NCBI GenBank assembly: GCA_964619585.1
Contig: CAZUCO010000003.1
Coordinates: 11,304 to 75,303 of the forward strand
Direction of reading: 5' to 3'
DNA: 64,000 bases
DNA from: an uncultured Candidatus Saccharibacteria bacterium
Lineage (GTDB): Bacteria; Patescibacteriota; Saccharimonadia; Saccharimonadales; Saccharimonadaceae
In this document: one piece after another, positions 1 to 8,612 of the stretch
Position numbering within the stretch: the stretch's first letter is position 1
Layout: each line of letters begins with the position of its first letter
Made by a program: the position numbers and the translations under genes
Notes under the pieces: generated by a model
The model's database searches: none
What the model was told of the DNA's origin: nothing
The model's input: the letters and a program-made list of their open reading frames with translations, nothing else

Positions 1-341
1 AACGCTATTTCGTACCAATGAACCTCCCCAACCGAACGAATAGCAATGAGAATAATCGGTGCCATTGCCACGATAGAAGCCATGTAGTATGACTTCAACA
101 GAGAGCGTGGCCAATTCGCCGGTACCATTCGCTTCAACCGTACGTGTTGGCCGAATATACGCCAAACACGATTTGACCAATAGATTATCCCGGTCGTTAT
201 ACCAACAAACACTAGGTACAATAAAAAAAAGACGGCCAAAATGCCGCCTGGACCAGTCTTAGATGGACTGTATGCACTGACAAATCCGAGCAAAAGAATT
301 GCTGCAGCCAGAGTCACTACCGTTAATATTTTTCCAAACAT
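1..341 (-). CDS. Multi-pass membrane protein, N-terminal part only (the gene runs off the left edge)
   Basis: ATG at 341-339 on the minus strand. I translated the frame to position 1 and found no stop (MFGKILTVVTLAAAILLLGFVSAYSPSKTGPGGILAVFFLLYLVFVGITTGIIYW...), with three hydrophobic segments. It is absent from the ORF track because no stop lies in the window. Confidence 0.5.
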   Translation of the reverse strand, partial: MFGKILTVVTLAAAILLLGFVSAYSPSKTGPGGILAVFFLLYLVFVGITTGIIYWSNRVWRIFGQHVRLKRMVPANWPRSLLKSYYMASIVAMAPIILIAIRSVGEVHWYEIA

Positions 342-986
342 TACTTGCCCACTATATCACCAAGGGAGCCTGAGCGACAAACCGTAAGTACCATAGTTGC
401 GACATCCGCCACCGAATAAATATTTGGGCGCGTGCTTCTATGATGATCCGCCGCTCGAGACAACTGACCGCTCCAGCATGTGCTGGGGCAACTGATTGAA
501 AGACATTCCGCTACTCGCGCCGAGCAGTATCATTACTATCATACCCATTGATAGATACTAAGGATTAGCTCAGCACGAGAGGTACTCGTACTTTCGATGC
601 TGACCAATATAGTCAGCTAACAGGCTCGACACCTAGATTTAGGCGAAGCCACGGTAACACCTCTGTTATACGAATGGTACAAATGAAGGTGCGTGGATCC
701 AGATTGGACCCATGTTGTTTTGTTTTTGTACTATTTGTTTATGTTTTGTGTGTTACCGGATTTTCCGTCTAAAGCTTGCTTGTTAAGTGCCGTAACTCAA
801 GATGAGGTACTAGACGGTCAGTTATTGAATTGTTAAGGTGTCTTTTGCTTTTGTTTGTTTTTTAAAAGCTTACCCTTACTCTAGCATAAGCACTTTTACA
901 GGTCAATACCTGCGGCGTAAAAAATAGTTGTATCTTACACATTTTGTTTACATTTTTGTTTCATTAACAGATAATAATTATAATTT

Positions 987-1688
987 CTACAACGATGCTT
1001 TTAGTACTACATTAGTATCATCAAGCCATGTCTTTACATTGTGAGCGGCAGTCGCAACAGCCGATGGTATATGCTGAGGCGTACTCCACCCACGTTCAGC
1101 ATACGTACTCAAGTTATAAAAGTCTTTTATCATAACTTTTGCTGTTTCGACGAGCCCATACTCTTCGTTGCAGTAGGTAGCGATGTCTCGCGGTGCCGAA
1201 AATGCGCTAAAGCTTACCCCTTTCCTCGGCCATTGCGCCTCAAAGGTTGCTACCGCTCGCCGTTCCATATAGGGTTTTGTTACAAGAACCATGGAAGAAA
1301 CCTTCTCAAAGCCAGCATTGATGAGCATTTTATAAACGAACTGGGCATTCTCGCCCGTGTTTACCGCTTTGTCTTCAACCAAAACCTGGTCAATATCTAT
1401 GCCCTGCTGTGCCATAGTAGCTACAAAATGTCTTGCTTCTGTCATTTCTGACCAATTTTTTAAATGAGGATTATGCGGTGCAGCCCCACCCGACACAATC
1501 ACGACCTTAAAATCATACTGCTTAACCAACTCGGCGGCAGTATACGCTACACGATCATCACGACAGCCAAGTACGACGAGCGCATCAGCACTATGTGAAG
1601 GCTTACCAAGCTTCATATAATCCCATACTATTTTTATATCTCGATCCATTGAAGCATTCATAAGTCTCATCATACAACTGCAGTACAA
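987..1688 (-). CDS. YdcF/ElyC-like DUF218 family protein
   Basis: 233-aa ORF. ALVVLGCRDD...VVIVSGG...VEDKAVNTGENAQF...VLVTKPYMERRA matches the DUF218/YdcF signature. The true start is probably one of the internal Met codons (MMRLMNASMDRD). Confidence 0.6.
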   Translation of the reverse strand: MYCSCMMRLMNASMDRDIKIVWDYMKLGKPSHSADALVVLGCRDDRVAYTAAELVKQYDFKVVIVSGGAAPHNPHLKNWSEMTEARHFVATMAQQGIDIDQVLVEDKAVNTGENAQFVYKMLINAGFEKVSSMVLVTKPYMERRAVATFEAQWPRKGVSFSAFSAPRDIATYCNEEYGLVETAKVMIKDFYNLSTYAERGWSTPQHIPSAVATAAHNVKTWLDDTNVVLKASL

Positions 1689-1838
1689 ATGTGTCGATCA
1701 AATGGTGTATTTTTTACCGAAAAAATCTTCAAGAAAGTTATTGACATAAACGTTTTCACGGCCTATTATAGGGGTAGTCTCTGAGTAAAAAAATTATACA
1801 GGGACCAAAAATAAACATTGAATCAAAACTCCACAGAA

Positions 1839-1867
1839 AACAACCGTTCCTCGCAGGCGGTTGTTTT
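1839..1867 (-). terminator. Intrinsic terminator after the GH5 gene
   Basis: Stem AACAACCG / CGGTTGTT directly after the TAA (1868-1870), followed on the minus strand by TTTTCTGTGG. Confidence 0.55.
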
Positions 1868-2848
1868 TTATTGCAGTAAATCATGCATAGATCGATAATC
1901 CCAGGCCCCCCACCCAGGCACTTTATATGACCAGTAGCTATGTGCCCACGCATGCTCATCAAATGTTCTGCGCTGCGTTGCGATATAGGCGGTCACCGCT
2001 CGTTCATCACGCATTGGGTGGCCAGTTGCACCACTCCACTCACCAACCATCACGGGTATACACTTTGCTACTTCACGTAATAGATCCTGCCAAGCCCTGC
2101 CCGCCACCACACTATACTCATCATCGCGTTTATTGCGATCTGCCCGTGAGTAAACCTGATAAAGATGCACGTCAAGAACGAGGCGCTCACCAAGATCCAA
2201 CTTTGCCAGTCTTTTGGCCATCTTAAGAGGCCTGAACGCATCACTGACGATAATCTTTACCTCTGGATTAGTATATTTCTGAACGATACTGTAGGCCTCC
2301 CTATAGTAGTGTAATAGTCTACTGGGAAAGAGTGGCCATCGAGGCTCATTAATTACTTCTACCCCTATGAGGCTACGCTCACTACCGTACTTTTTAACTA
2401 AATAGAGCAGGGTGTTGAGCGCCTGACGACGCTTAGATTTACGATATAGATGCACCTTCCCCGTTTCTCCGCTATGTGGCTCCCCGTTTTGCGAGCCCTG
2501 TAGGCCATGGAAATCCAGAATGACCCCCAAATGATGTGTCTCCGCCCATTCAAAAGCACTGCTCAGATAGTTCTCACCGTCAACAAAATCACTTGTTTCT
2601 TCAAACAGCCAATATCCTACCGGTAATCGTACAAAATCAAACCCTGCGGCAGCAATCCAGGCAAAATCTGCCTCTTGTATAAACTCGGATCTGTGTTGCT
2701 CGAGCCGCTTAATAGCTTCAGCCCTGCCGAGCTGCCGTACAAGTTCAGCCTCTCCGCTGCCTTCTACCCCTTCGAATAGCCCCGGAGTCATCCATCGCTC
2801 CGCCACGAGCCATCCACCGAGATTGATACCTTGTAATGCCTTTGTCAC
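1868..2848 (-). CDS. Glycoside hydrolase family 5 (beta-glucanase / glucan 1,3-beta-glucosidase-like)
   Basis: 326-aa ORF. INLGGWLVAERWMTP, FVRLPVGYW, EVINEP (acid/base Glu) and VGEWS (nucleophile Glu) are GH5 hallmarks. The GTG start is poorly supported and there is no signal peptide. Confidence 0.6.
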   Translation of the reverse strand: MTKALQGINLGGWLVAERWMTPGLFEGVEGSGEAELVRQLGRAEAIKRLEQHRSEFIQEADFAWIAAAGFDFVRLPVGYWLFEETSDFVDGENYLSSAFEWAETHHLGVILDFHGLQGSQNGEPHSGETGKVHLYRKSKRRQALNTLLYLVKKYGSERSLIGVEVINEPRWPLFPSRLLHYYREAYSIVQKYTNPEVKIIVSDAFRPLKMAKRLAKLDLGERLVLDVHLYQVYSRADRNKRDDEYSVVAGRAWQDLLREVAKCIPVMVGEWSGATGHPMRDERAVTAYIATQRRTFDEHAWAHSYWSYKVPGWGAWDYRSMHDLLQ

Positions 2849-2854
2849 CTCTTT

Positions 2855-2882
2855 AGTATACCCAAGAAAAAAAGCAGCCTAA
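2855..2882 (-). terminator. Intrinsic terminator of ssrA
   Basis: Minus strand reads AAAGCAG-TTTTAGG-CTGCTTTTTTTCTT, about 20 nt after the tmRNA CCA end. Confidence 0.6.
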
Positions 2883-2900
2883 AACTGCTTTTAATAATAT

Positions 2901-3295
2901 CTGGTGGAGCTGCGGGGTACTGCCCCCCGGTCCGGTTGGTAACACATCATTCATCTACAGGCGTAGTTATCTTTAAAATTACTGGTCTCACCTCGAGAGA
3001 TAACCAAAATAGCAAGGGTCAGTCTATGGATTAACGTCACAGGTGCACTCCACAGCGATACACCTATCGAGTCATATCAATATGACACTTCCTTAAGTGC
3101 TATATGACGTCGCACAGGAAGCGGTCATAGCAACTAGGCTACAACTGGCGCAAAAGCGGCACGTGGTGCAAATGCACTCGCCACAAACGCTTTTACTTTA
3201 GCAAATGGTTTTGCAATTAAATAACTGTTTACGTCAGCAAGTCGACCCGCCGAATGATCTGTTAATGTCCAATCGTCGAAAGCTATATCAGCCCC
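2901..3295 (-). ncRNA. ssrA: tmRNA (transfer-messenger RNA)
   Basis: The minus strand starts GGGGCTGATATAGCTTTCGACGATTGG, close to the canonical tmRNA 5' end. It ends CGGGG-GGCAGTA-CCCCG-CAGCTCC-ACCA. The acceptor stem GGGGCUG/CAGCUCC has a G3:U70 Ala identity pair. An internal tag frame runs GCA(3214)...TAG(3136-3134) and encodes AKPFAKVKAFVASAFAPRAAFAPVVA*. The T-loop is non-canonical. Confidence 0.8.
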
Positions 3296-3361
3296 GTGAA
3301 TTACCTTATAATTGTAGCAAATTTTACTGCTTTTTTCCAGTGCATACCGTATACTAAAATT

Positions 3362-4879
3362 ATGTCAAAGGTAGCTCGAGTTATTTCCGTAGCTCCGATC
3401 GGCTTCGAAGGAAGCATCATCGATGTTGAAAGTGACATAAAACGTGGCTTACCTTCACTCCAGATCGTCGGCATGGGCAACAAAGCTATTGAGGAGGCCA
3501 AGGAGCGAGTTCGTAGCGCAGTTACTAATTCTTTGCTCGACTTCCCACCTCAAAAGATTATCATCAACCTGGCGCCTGCTGAACTTCCCAAAGATGGCTC
3601 AGCTTATGATTTACCTATTGCTTTAGCCATTCTTGTTTCAAGCGGTCAACTCAACCAAGAACAGGTCAACGCCGCTGTCTTTGTTGGTGAATTATCCCTC
3701 GATGGTGCACTCCGACCTATAAGAGGCGTGATATCAATCGCTGAGACAGCACGAAAAACTGGCATTACAAAAGTATTTATGCCGAAAGAAAATGCCGAGC
3801 AAGCCTCATTGATTGAAGGAATTGAGATCGTCCCCGTAACATCACTTAGCCAGCTCTTCCTGCATCTTAAACAAGAGCAGATTATCACCCCTGCGGCCAC
3901 TCGTCCTCATAGCGAGACGCCCCCTACTGGAGGGCCCCTTATTGATGATGTCCACGGACAAGAACAAGCAAAACGAGCCATACTTATTGCTGCAGCTGGC
4001 CGGCACAACATACTATTAACAGGCCCTCCAGGCTCAGGTAAGACAATGCTGGCCAACACGCTCACGTCTCTTCTACCGCCACTATCAAACAGCGAGAAGG
4101 TCGCAGTCACCAAGCTACACAGTCTTGCAGGAAACGTCGTTGGTGACATCATCACCACTCGACCATTTCGGAGCCCGCATCACACTTCGAGTCAAGTTGC
4201 ACTGATAGGCGGCGGTGCTCGACCAAAGCCAGGTGAGATAAGTCTGGCACACCTTGGTGTGCTTTTTCTTGATGAGATTCCAGAATACCCACGCAGCAGT
4301 CTCGAGGCGCTAAGGCAGCCGCTTGAGGATAAGCAGATCTCAATCAGTCGTGCAAATGGTCATGTGCACTATCCGGCAGACTTCATGCTTGTTGCTACAA
4401 TGAATCCATGTCCTTGTGGATTCTTTGGTGACGCCACTAAAGAATGCCAGTGTAGCTCTACACAGATAATCTCTTACCAACGTAGGCTGTCCGGCCCTCT
4501 GATGGATCGCATCGATCTTGTCATACCAGTTGAGCGAGTAGTCACTCACACTCTCCTTGATCGCGAGCCATCGACTAATTCACAACACATATACTTCCAA
4601 GAGTTGCTCAACAAGGCAGTTTTGGCTCAGAATAACAGGTATAGCCGTGATGATTTTTACAACAATAATCTGTCTTCACGAGATATCAAGCGACGCATTT
4701 CCCTCTCAAGCTCGGTACAAGATCTCTTAAATGATGCCGCGGAGAAGCTCAATATTAGTGCGCGAAGTTACTTCAAGATTATCAAGGTAGCTCAAACAAT
4801 TGCCGATCTCGATGGCACTGGTATTATCGCCAAAAAACACATTGCTGAAGCCCTACAATACCGCTCCATGACCTCTTGA
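3362..4879 (+). CDS. comM: Mg-chelatase-like AAA+ ATPase, YifB/ComM family
   Basis: MSKVARVISVAPIGFEGSIIDVESD is a typical ComM N-terminus. Walker A is GPPGSGKTM, and GVLFLDEIPEY and a C-terminal Mg-chelatase domain are present. The ORF-track start at 3296 (GTG) abuts the tmRNA 5' end, so I moved the start to the ATG at 3362. Confidence 0.85.
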   Translation: MSKVARVISVAPIGFEGSIIDVESDIKRGLPSLQIVGMGNKAIEEAKERVRSAVTNSLLDFPPQKIIINLAPAELPKDGSAYDLPIALAILVSSGQLNQEQVNAAVFVGELSLDGALRPIRGVISIAETARKTGITKVFMPKENAEQASLIEGIEIVPVTSLSQLFLHLKQEQIITPAATRPHSETPPTGGPLIDDVHGQEQAKRAILIAAAGRHNILLTGPPGSGKTMLANTLTSLLPPLSNSEKVAVTKLHSLAGNVVGDIITTRPFRSPHHTSSQVALIGGGARPKPGEISLAHLGVLFLDEIPEYPRSSLEALRQPLEDKQISISRANGHVHYPADFMLVATMNPCPCGFFGDATKECQCSSTQIISYQRRLSGPLMDRIDLVIPVERVVTHTLLDREPSTNSQHIYFQELLNKAVLAQNNRYSRDDFYNNNLSSRDIKRRISLSSSVQDLLNDAAEKLNISARSYFKIIKVAQTIADLDGTGIIAKKHIAEALQYRSMTS

Positions 4880-4955
4880 AACGGATAGACTAGTGTGATA
4901 TGATTGGGAACGAGAAGGTTCAGCAATACGACCTCTTTACAAAACTAAGGGAGAA

Positions 4956-5471
4956 ATAAACGTCATCAACCAACAAGTTCGCATTAACTCAAGTATCCGA
5001 TCAAACGAACTACGTGTGATAGGACCTAGCGGCGAACAGCTTGGTATCATGTCTCGAGCCGACGCTTTACGTCAAGCCGAGAGCCATGGTGTTGATCTCG
5101 TGGAAATATCTCCAAACGCTAACCCTCCTGTAGCAAAGATCATTGACTGGGGTAAATACCAATACCAGAAGATGAAAGAACAGCAGAAGAGTAAGCAGAA
5201 GAGTAAGCAAGCTGAACTTAAACAGATGCGCTTTGGTCTCAAGATTGGTAGTGGTGATCTTGAAATCAAACTCCGCAAGATTCGAGCCTTCCTAGCCGAT
5301 GGCCACAAAGTCCGCATACAAATCTTTTATCGCGGACGTGAAATGGCACACAAGGAACTAGGCTACGATATGATTAACAAAATTATCGGATTACTCGAAG
5401 ATGACGCAGTCGTTGAGCAACAGCCTATTATGGCCGGTCGAAACTTGAGTATTACCGTAAGGAGTAAATAA
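4956..5471 (+). CDS. infC: Translation initiation factor IF-3, with a non-AUG start
   Basis: The track ORF (GTG at 5016) cuts off the conserved N-terminal IRSNELRVIG segment. In-frame upstream codons back to the stop at 4896-4898 include no ATG, GTG or TTG, only ATA (4956), ATC (4965) and ATT (4983). The SD AAGGGAG lies at 4947-4953. The exact start is uncertain. Confidence 0.8.
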   Translation: MNVINQQVRINSSIRSNELRVIGPSGEQLGIMSRADALRQAESHGVDLVEISPNANPPVAKIIDWGKYQYQKMKEQQKSKQKSKQAELKQMRFGLKIGSGDLEIKLRKIRAFLADGHKVRIQIFYRGREMAHKELGYDMINKIIGLLEDDAVVEQQPIMAGRNLSITVRSK

Positions 5472-5665
5472 TGCCAAAATTAAAGACCCACAAAGGGACA
5501 GCCAAGCGAGTCAAACTGACAAAAGCTGGCAAGATTACCCGCCAACGAGCATCGGGTGGTCACTTATTGGCCAAAAAGAGCAAAAGCCGCAAGCGTGCTA
5601 TCAACACGACTGGTGTCGTAAAAGGCTCAATGGCTAAGAATATTAAACGAGCACTAGGAGTCTAA
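5471..5665 (+). CDS. rpmI: 50S ribosomal protein L35
   Basis: [22 protein letters not shown]... is a canonical L35. It sits in the infC-rpmI-rplT order. Confidence 0.95.
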   Translation: MPKLKTHKGTAKRVKLTKAGKITRQRASGGHLLAKKSKSRKRAINTTGVVKGSMAKNIKRALGV

Positions 5666-5670
5666 TAGTC

Positions 5671-6012
5671 ATGCGAGTTAAACGAGGTGTTTCAGCACGA
5701 GCAAAGCACAAAAAAGTATTAAAAGCTGCTAAAGGCATGCAGCATAATCGTACCCGCAGTTTCCGTTTGGCAAAGCAAGGGGTAATACGATCACTGCAGT
5801 ACGCATACCGTGACCGTCGTAATCGCAAGCGTGATCTACGCAGTCTATGGATTACACGTATCAATGCAGCTGCCCGAGAGAACAATACTACTTACGGTAA
5901 ACTGATTGCTGGCCTTAAGAAAGCTAGTATCGAGCTTGACCGCAAGACACTTGCGGAACTTGCTGTCAGTGATGCAAAAGCATTCGCAGCAGTAGTAAAA
6001 AGCGCAAAATAG
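5671..6012 (+). CDS. rplT: 50S ribosomal protein L20
   Basis: [22 protein letters not shown]...[24 protein letters not shown] is a canonical L20. Confidence 0.95.
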   Translation: MRVKRGVSARAKHKKVLKAAKGMQHNRTRSFRLAKQGVIRSLQYAYRDRRNRKRDLRSLWITRINAAARENNTTYGKLIAGLKKASIELDRKTLAELAVSDAKAFAAVVKSAK

Positions 6013-6032
6013 CGAGTTTTATTTACATCAAA

Positions 6033-6060
6033 ATACCCGCCTCTAGTAGGCGGGTATTTT
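6033..6060 (+). terminator. Intrinsic terminator of the infC-rpmI-rplT operon
   Basis: ATACCCGCC-tctagta-GGCGGGTAT followed by TTTT. Confidence 0.7.
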
Positions 6061-6061
6061 G

Positions 6062-6405
6062 ATGTAGTCGACCCGTAAGCCGGGTTCTGTCTAGTAGTGA
6101 TCATCTATCTAGGCTCCCCATTGCTGAAGAGCTCAAGCGGTTCAACGAACCAACGGACGGGTCGCCCATGTGTTGATTCTCCTTGCAGTAGACAGGGTTT
6201 ACCTCTTTAGTATGTCACCATACCAAACTGTGGGCTCTTACCCCACTCCTTTCACCCTTACCTCCTAAGAGGCGGTATCGTTTCTGTGGCACTTTCCCTA
6301 GGGTTACCCCCGGTTGCCGTTAACAACTGTCTGTACCCTACACTGCCCGGACTTTCCTCTCGTCAGGATAATTATCTGACCAGCGATCACCTGAGTCGGC
6401 TACTA
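6062..6405 (-). ncRNA. rnpB: RNase P RNA (bacterial type A-like), ends +/-5 nt
   Basis: The minus strand contains GAGAGGAAAGTCCGGGC (plus strand 6344-6360) and ACAGAACCCGGCTTA (plus strand 6076-6090), the two universally conserved P4 strands. A P1 helix pairs GTAGCCGAC (6395-6403) with GTCGACTAC (6064-6072). Confidence 0.85.
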
Positions 6406-6417
6406 CTATAGTATACG

Positions 6418-7293
6418 CTAATTGTGAGCATCGTGGGCATTGAGAATCTTGTTAACCATGCCGTCGGCAAGTTGATTGTACTCACGTCGCACATGGCTGA
6501 ACGTAACATGATCAAAGTGTGTCACTAATTCCTTGATCCTTTCATTGATTGGCCATAGCTCGCGATTCTTAATTTTATAGATGCCGTTTAGTTGATTCAC
6601 AACTAACAGACTATCCATACGAAAATCAACCGTTTTTGCCCCCATTTCAAGGGCCTTTTCTAAGCCTAATCTTACTCCATGATATTCGGCTTGATTGTTA
6701 GTCGTAATACCCAGGTATAAACCGCCCTGGTGTACGACATTTTCATGATCATCCATCACGATAAAACCACTCGCACTTGGTCCTGGGTTACCTCTTGACC
6801 CTCCATCAGAATAAACAATAACGTGACTACCTGGAACATGGCTCATCATGTCTGTGCCGATTACATCACCTTGCTGTACAAGTGGAGGTGCCACCTGTGC
6901 CGAAATCCCGAGCAGTAACTTCGCACTCTCTGTTAGCTCATCCTGATGAAGATCATCAACCGCCAGCCATAGGTGACGACTATAATTTTCACTTAACGTC
7001 ACTGCCGCTTTGGCAGGCACATTAACGAGATAGAGCAGGAATGTATACTGCGTGTCCCTATCATCATGATCAATATAAGTGATAACGTCCTTTAGTGACA
7101 TCGCCTGTGGCGTAATGCCTGTGTCAAACTCGAGGTGGCGTCTTAGTGCATCCTCGGGCTGCTCACCGTAGTCGAGCTTACCGCCAGGAAGCTCGTACTT
7201 ACCTAAAATAGATGCGCGGCCGTTAGAGCGCTTTAGAAGAAGCACCTTGTTATCAATGCGGACAATTGCTCTTACTGATACTTTTTGTTTCAT
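6418..7293 (-). CDS. Nudix-domain / RNase HI fusion protein
   Basis: The N-terminal half has a Nudix fold with the box GGKLDYGEQPEDALRRHLEFDTGI. The C-terminal half is RNase H type 1: VYSDGGSRGNPGPSASG (D), NNQAEYHG (E), MDSLLVVNQ (D), EYNQLADGM (D). Confidence 0.75.
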   Translation of the reverse strand: MKQKVSVRAIVRIDNKVLLLKRSNGRASILGKYELPGGKLDYGEQPEDALRRHLEFDTGITPQAMSLKDVITYIDHDDRDTQYTFLLYLVNVPAKAAVTLSENYSRHLWLAVDDLHQDELTESAKLLLGISAQVAPPLVQQGDVIGTDMMSHVPGSHVIVYSDGGSRGNPGPSASGFIVMDDHENVVHQGGLYLGITTNNQAEYHGVRLGLEKALEMGAKTVDFRMDSLLVVNQLNGIYKIKNRELWPINERIKELVTHFDHVTFSHVRREYNQLADGMVNKILNAHDAHN

Positions 7294-7334
7294 AGCAAGC
7301 TACCTTTGTGGCTATAGTCATTATATACCATACT

Positions 7335-7410
7335 TGGTCGGGATGACTGGACTTGAACCAGCGGCCTCACCACCCCCAGCGGTGCGCGCTACCAACTGCG
7401 CCACATCCCG
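7335..7410 (-). tRNA. tRNA-Pro (GGG), CCA encoded
   Basis: Hand-folded cloverleaf: CGGGATG-TG-GCGC-AGTTGGTA-GCGC-G-CACCG-CTGGGGG-TGGTG-AGGCC-GCTGG-TTCAAGT-CCAGT-CATCCCG-A-CCA. Confidence 0.85.
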
Positions 7411-7583
7411 TCAAAACATAGTAACCCTGAGTGGACAGTAGTGCGTGATATATCCCCGCTGAGTTGCAAGGTGGTTCTCTCTATATCGACACCACGGTGA
7501 CCATATATCTGAGATCCATATCTAGATTCGTTAGGAAATCATGTACACTACTGCCCGCTCAGGGTCTACTTCTATTATACCTC

Positions 7584-8237
7584 CTAACGAATATTGAGGC
7601 CAAAAATGATACTAAATATATCGAGGAAGAAGTTGATACCAGACAGCATAAACCTGCCGATGAAAGGGCTAGCCACCATAACAAGCAGAAAGACAAATAC
7701 TATTCCAAACCGTTCGATGGCTTCCATCCCCCGACGTACGAAATCGGGTGCTAGTGCGTACAGAACTCGAGAGCCATCAAGTGGCGGTATAGGCAACATA
7801 TTGAAAATAAAGAATCCTAAGTTCACCATGACAGCAACGGTAAGTATCTCTCCAATCGGTGTAGTTATTGGCTGGCCGAGTAGTACAAGCAGCCCGAAAG
7901 ACAGAAAGGCGATGAAGAAGTTAGTAAGCGGCCCTGCAAGAGCAACCAACCCAGCCCCCCACTCTTCACCCTTTACGCGCGCTGGATTGAATGGGACCGG
8001 CTTTGCCCCGCCGAAGATTGGCGCTTGAACAAGTGCCAGCGCTATCGGAAGTATAATCGTCAAGAACGGATCAATATGCTTGATAGGGTTTAGTGTTAAC
8101 CGCCCCTCTCGTTTTGCGGTGTCATCACCCAGCCAGTAGGCCATAAAGCCATGCATTGCCTCGTGAAGTGTCATCGATATGAGAATCACTCCGAGAACGA
8201 TTACGATATATCCAAGATCTATTTGTCCCAACTCCAT
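7584..8237 (-). CDS. Site-2 protease family (peptidase M50) membrane metalloprotease
   Basis: HEAMHG (HExxH) lies in the first TM region, followed by multiple TM helices and NMLPIPPLDGSR (the NxxPxxxLDG motif). Confidence 0.8.
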   Translation of the reverse strand: MELGQIDLGYIVIVLGVILISMTLHEAMHGFMAYWLGDDTAKREGRLTLNPIKHIDPFLTIILPIALALVQAPIFGGAKPVPFNPARVKGEEWGAGLVALAGPLTNFFIAFLSFGLLVLLGQPITTPIGEILTVAVMVNLGFFIFNMLPIPPLDGSRVLYALAPDFVRRGMEAIERFGIVFVFLLVMVASPFIGRFMLSGINFFLDIFSIIFGLNIR

Positions 8238-8346
8238 TGTGTATTAATTATACCTGTTTGGTGTTGGGTTGTCTAAAGGGTTGACCTCGTCCCTTTTTTT
8301 CGGTACAATTATACAGATTGTTTAAAAAGTTTAATGGAGAGCAACT

Positions 8347-8553
8347 ATGGCAGCACGCTGCGAACTGACTGGAAAAGGCAAGCAATTTGGTCACAATGTG
8401 AGCTTCTCTTTGCGTCGCACTAAACGTGTCTTCAAGCCTAACTTGCAGAAGAAGACGTTTATCGTTGACGGTCAGAAAGTTACTATGACCATCTCAACAC
8501 AAGCTATTCGAACCCTCAAAAAGAAGGGTATCTTACAGCCAGCCGGCAAATAA
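8347..8553 (+). CDS. rpmB: 50S ribosomal protein L28
   Basis: MAARCELTGKGKQFGHNVSFSLRRTKRVFKPNLQKK is a canonical L28. Confidence 0.9.
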   Translation: MAARCELTGKGKQFGHNVSFSLRRTKRVFKPNLQKKTFIVDGQKVTMTISTQAIRTLKKKGILQPAGK

Positions 8554-8574
8554 GCCTTAGCTTGTAGTTATTAA

Positions 8575-8602
8575 ATAACCCCTGCCATGAGACAGGGGTT
8601 AT
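8575..8602. terminator. Bidirectional terminator between rpmB and the convergent gene
   Basis: ATAACCCCTG-ccatgaga-CAGGGGTTAT, flanked by an A-tract and a T-tract. Confidence 0.65.
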
Positions 8603-8612
8603 TTAATGGTTG

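Noticed and set aside
342-986. Possible replication origin (AT-rich repeats) or a tRNA-like element (GATTAGCTCAGC near 575-590).
   Set aside because: I saw no clear DnaA boxes (TTATCCACA or its complement) and no dnaA or dnaN nearby. The tRNA-like string does not fold into a cloverleaf. The region is kept only as an unexplained-region finding.
3296-3361. The ORF-track N-terminal extension of comM, which starts at the GTG at 3296.
   Set aside because: It abuts the tmRNA 5' end and would cover its promoter region. The conserved ComM N-terminus begins at the ATG at 3362.
5892-7754. ORFs 5892-6104 (-), 7247-7441 (+) and 7464-7754 (+). ORFs 16477-16701 (+) and 18808-18990 (+) elsewhere are the same case.
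   Set aside because: They overlap rnpB, tRNA-Pro, tRNA-Asp or tRNA-Arg, or lie antisense to well-supported genes.
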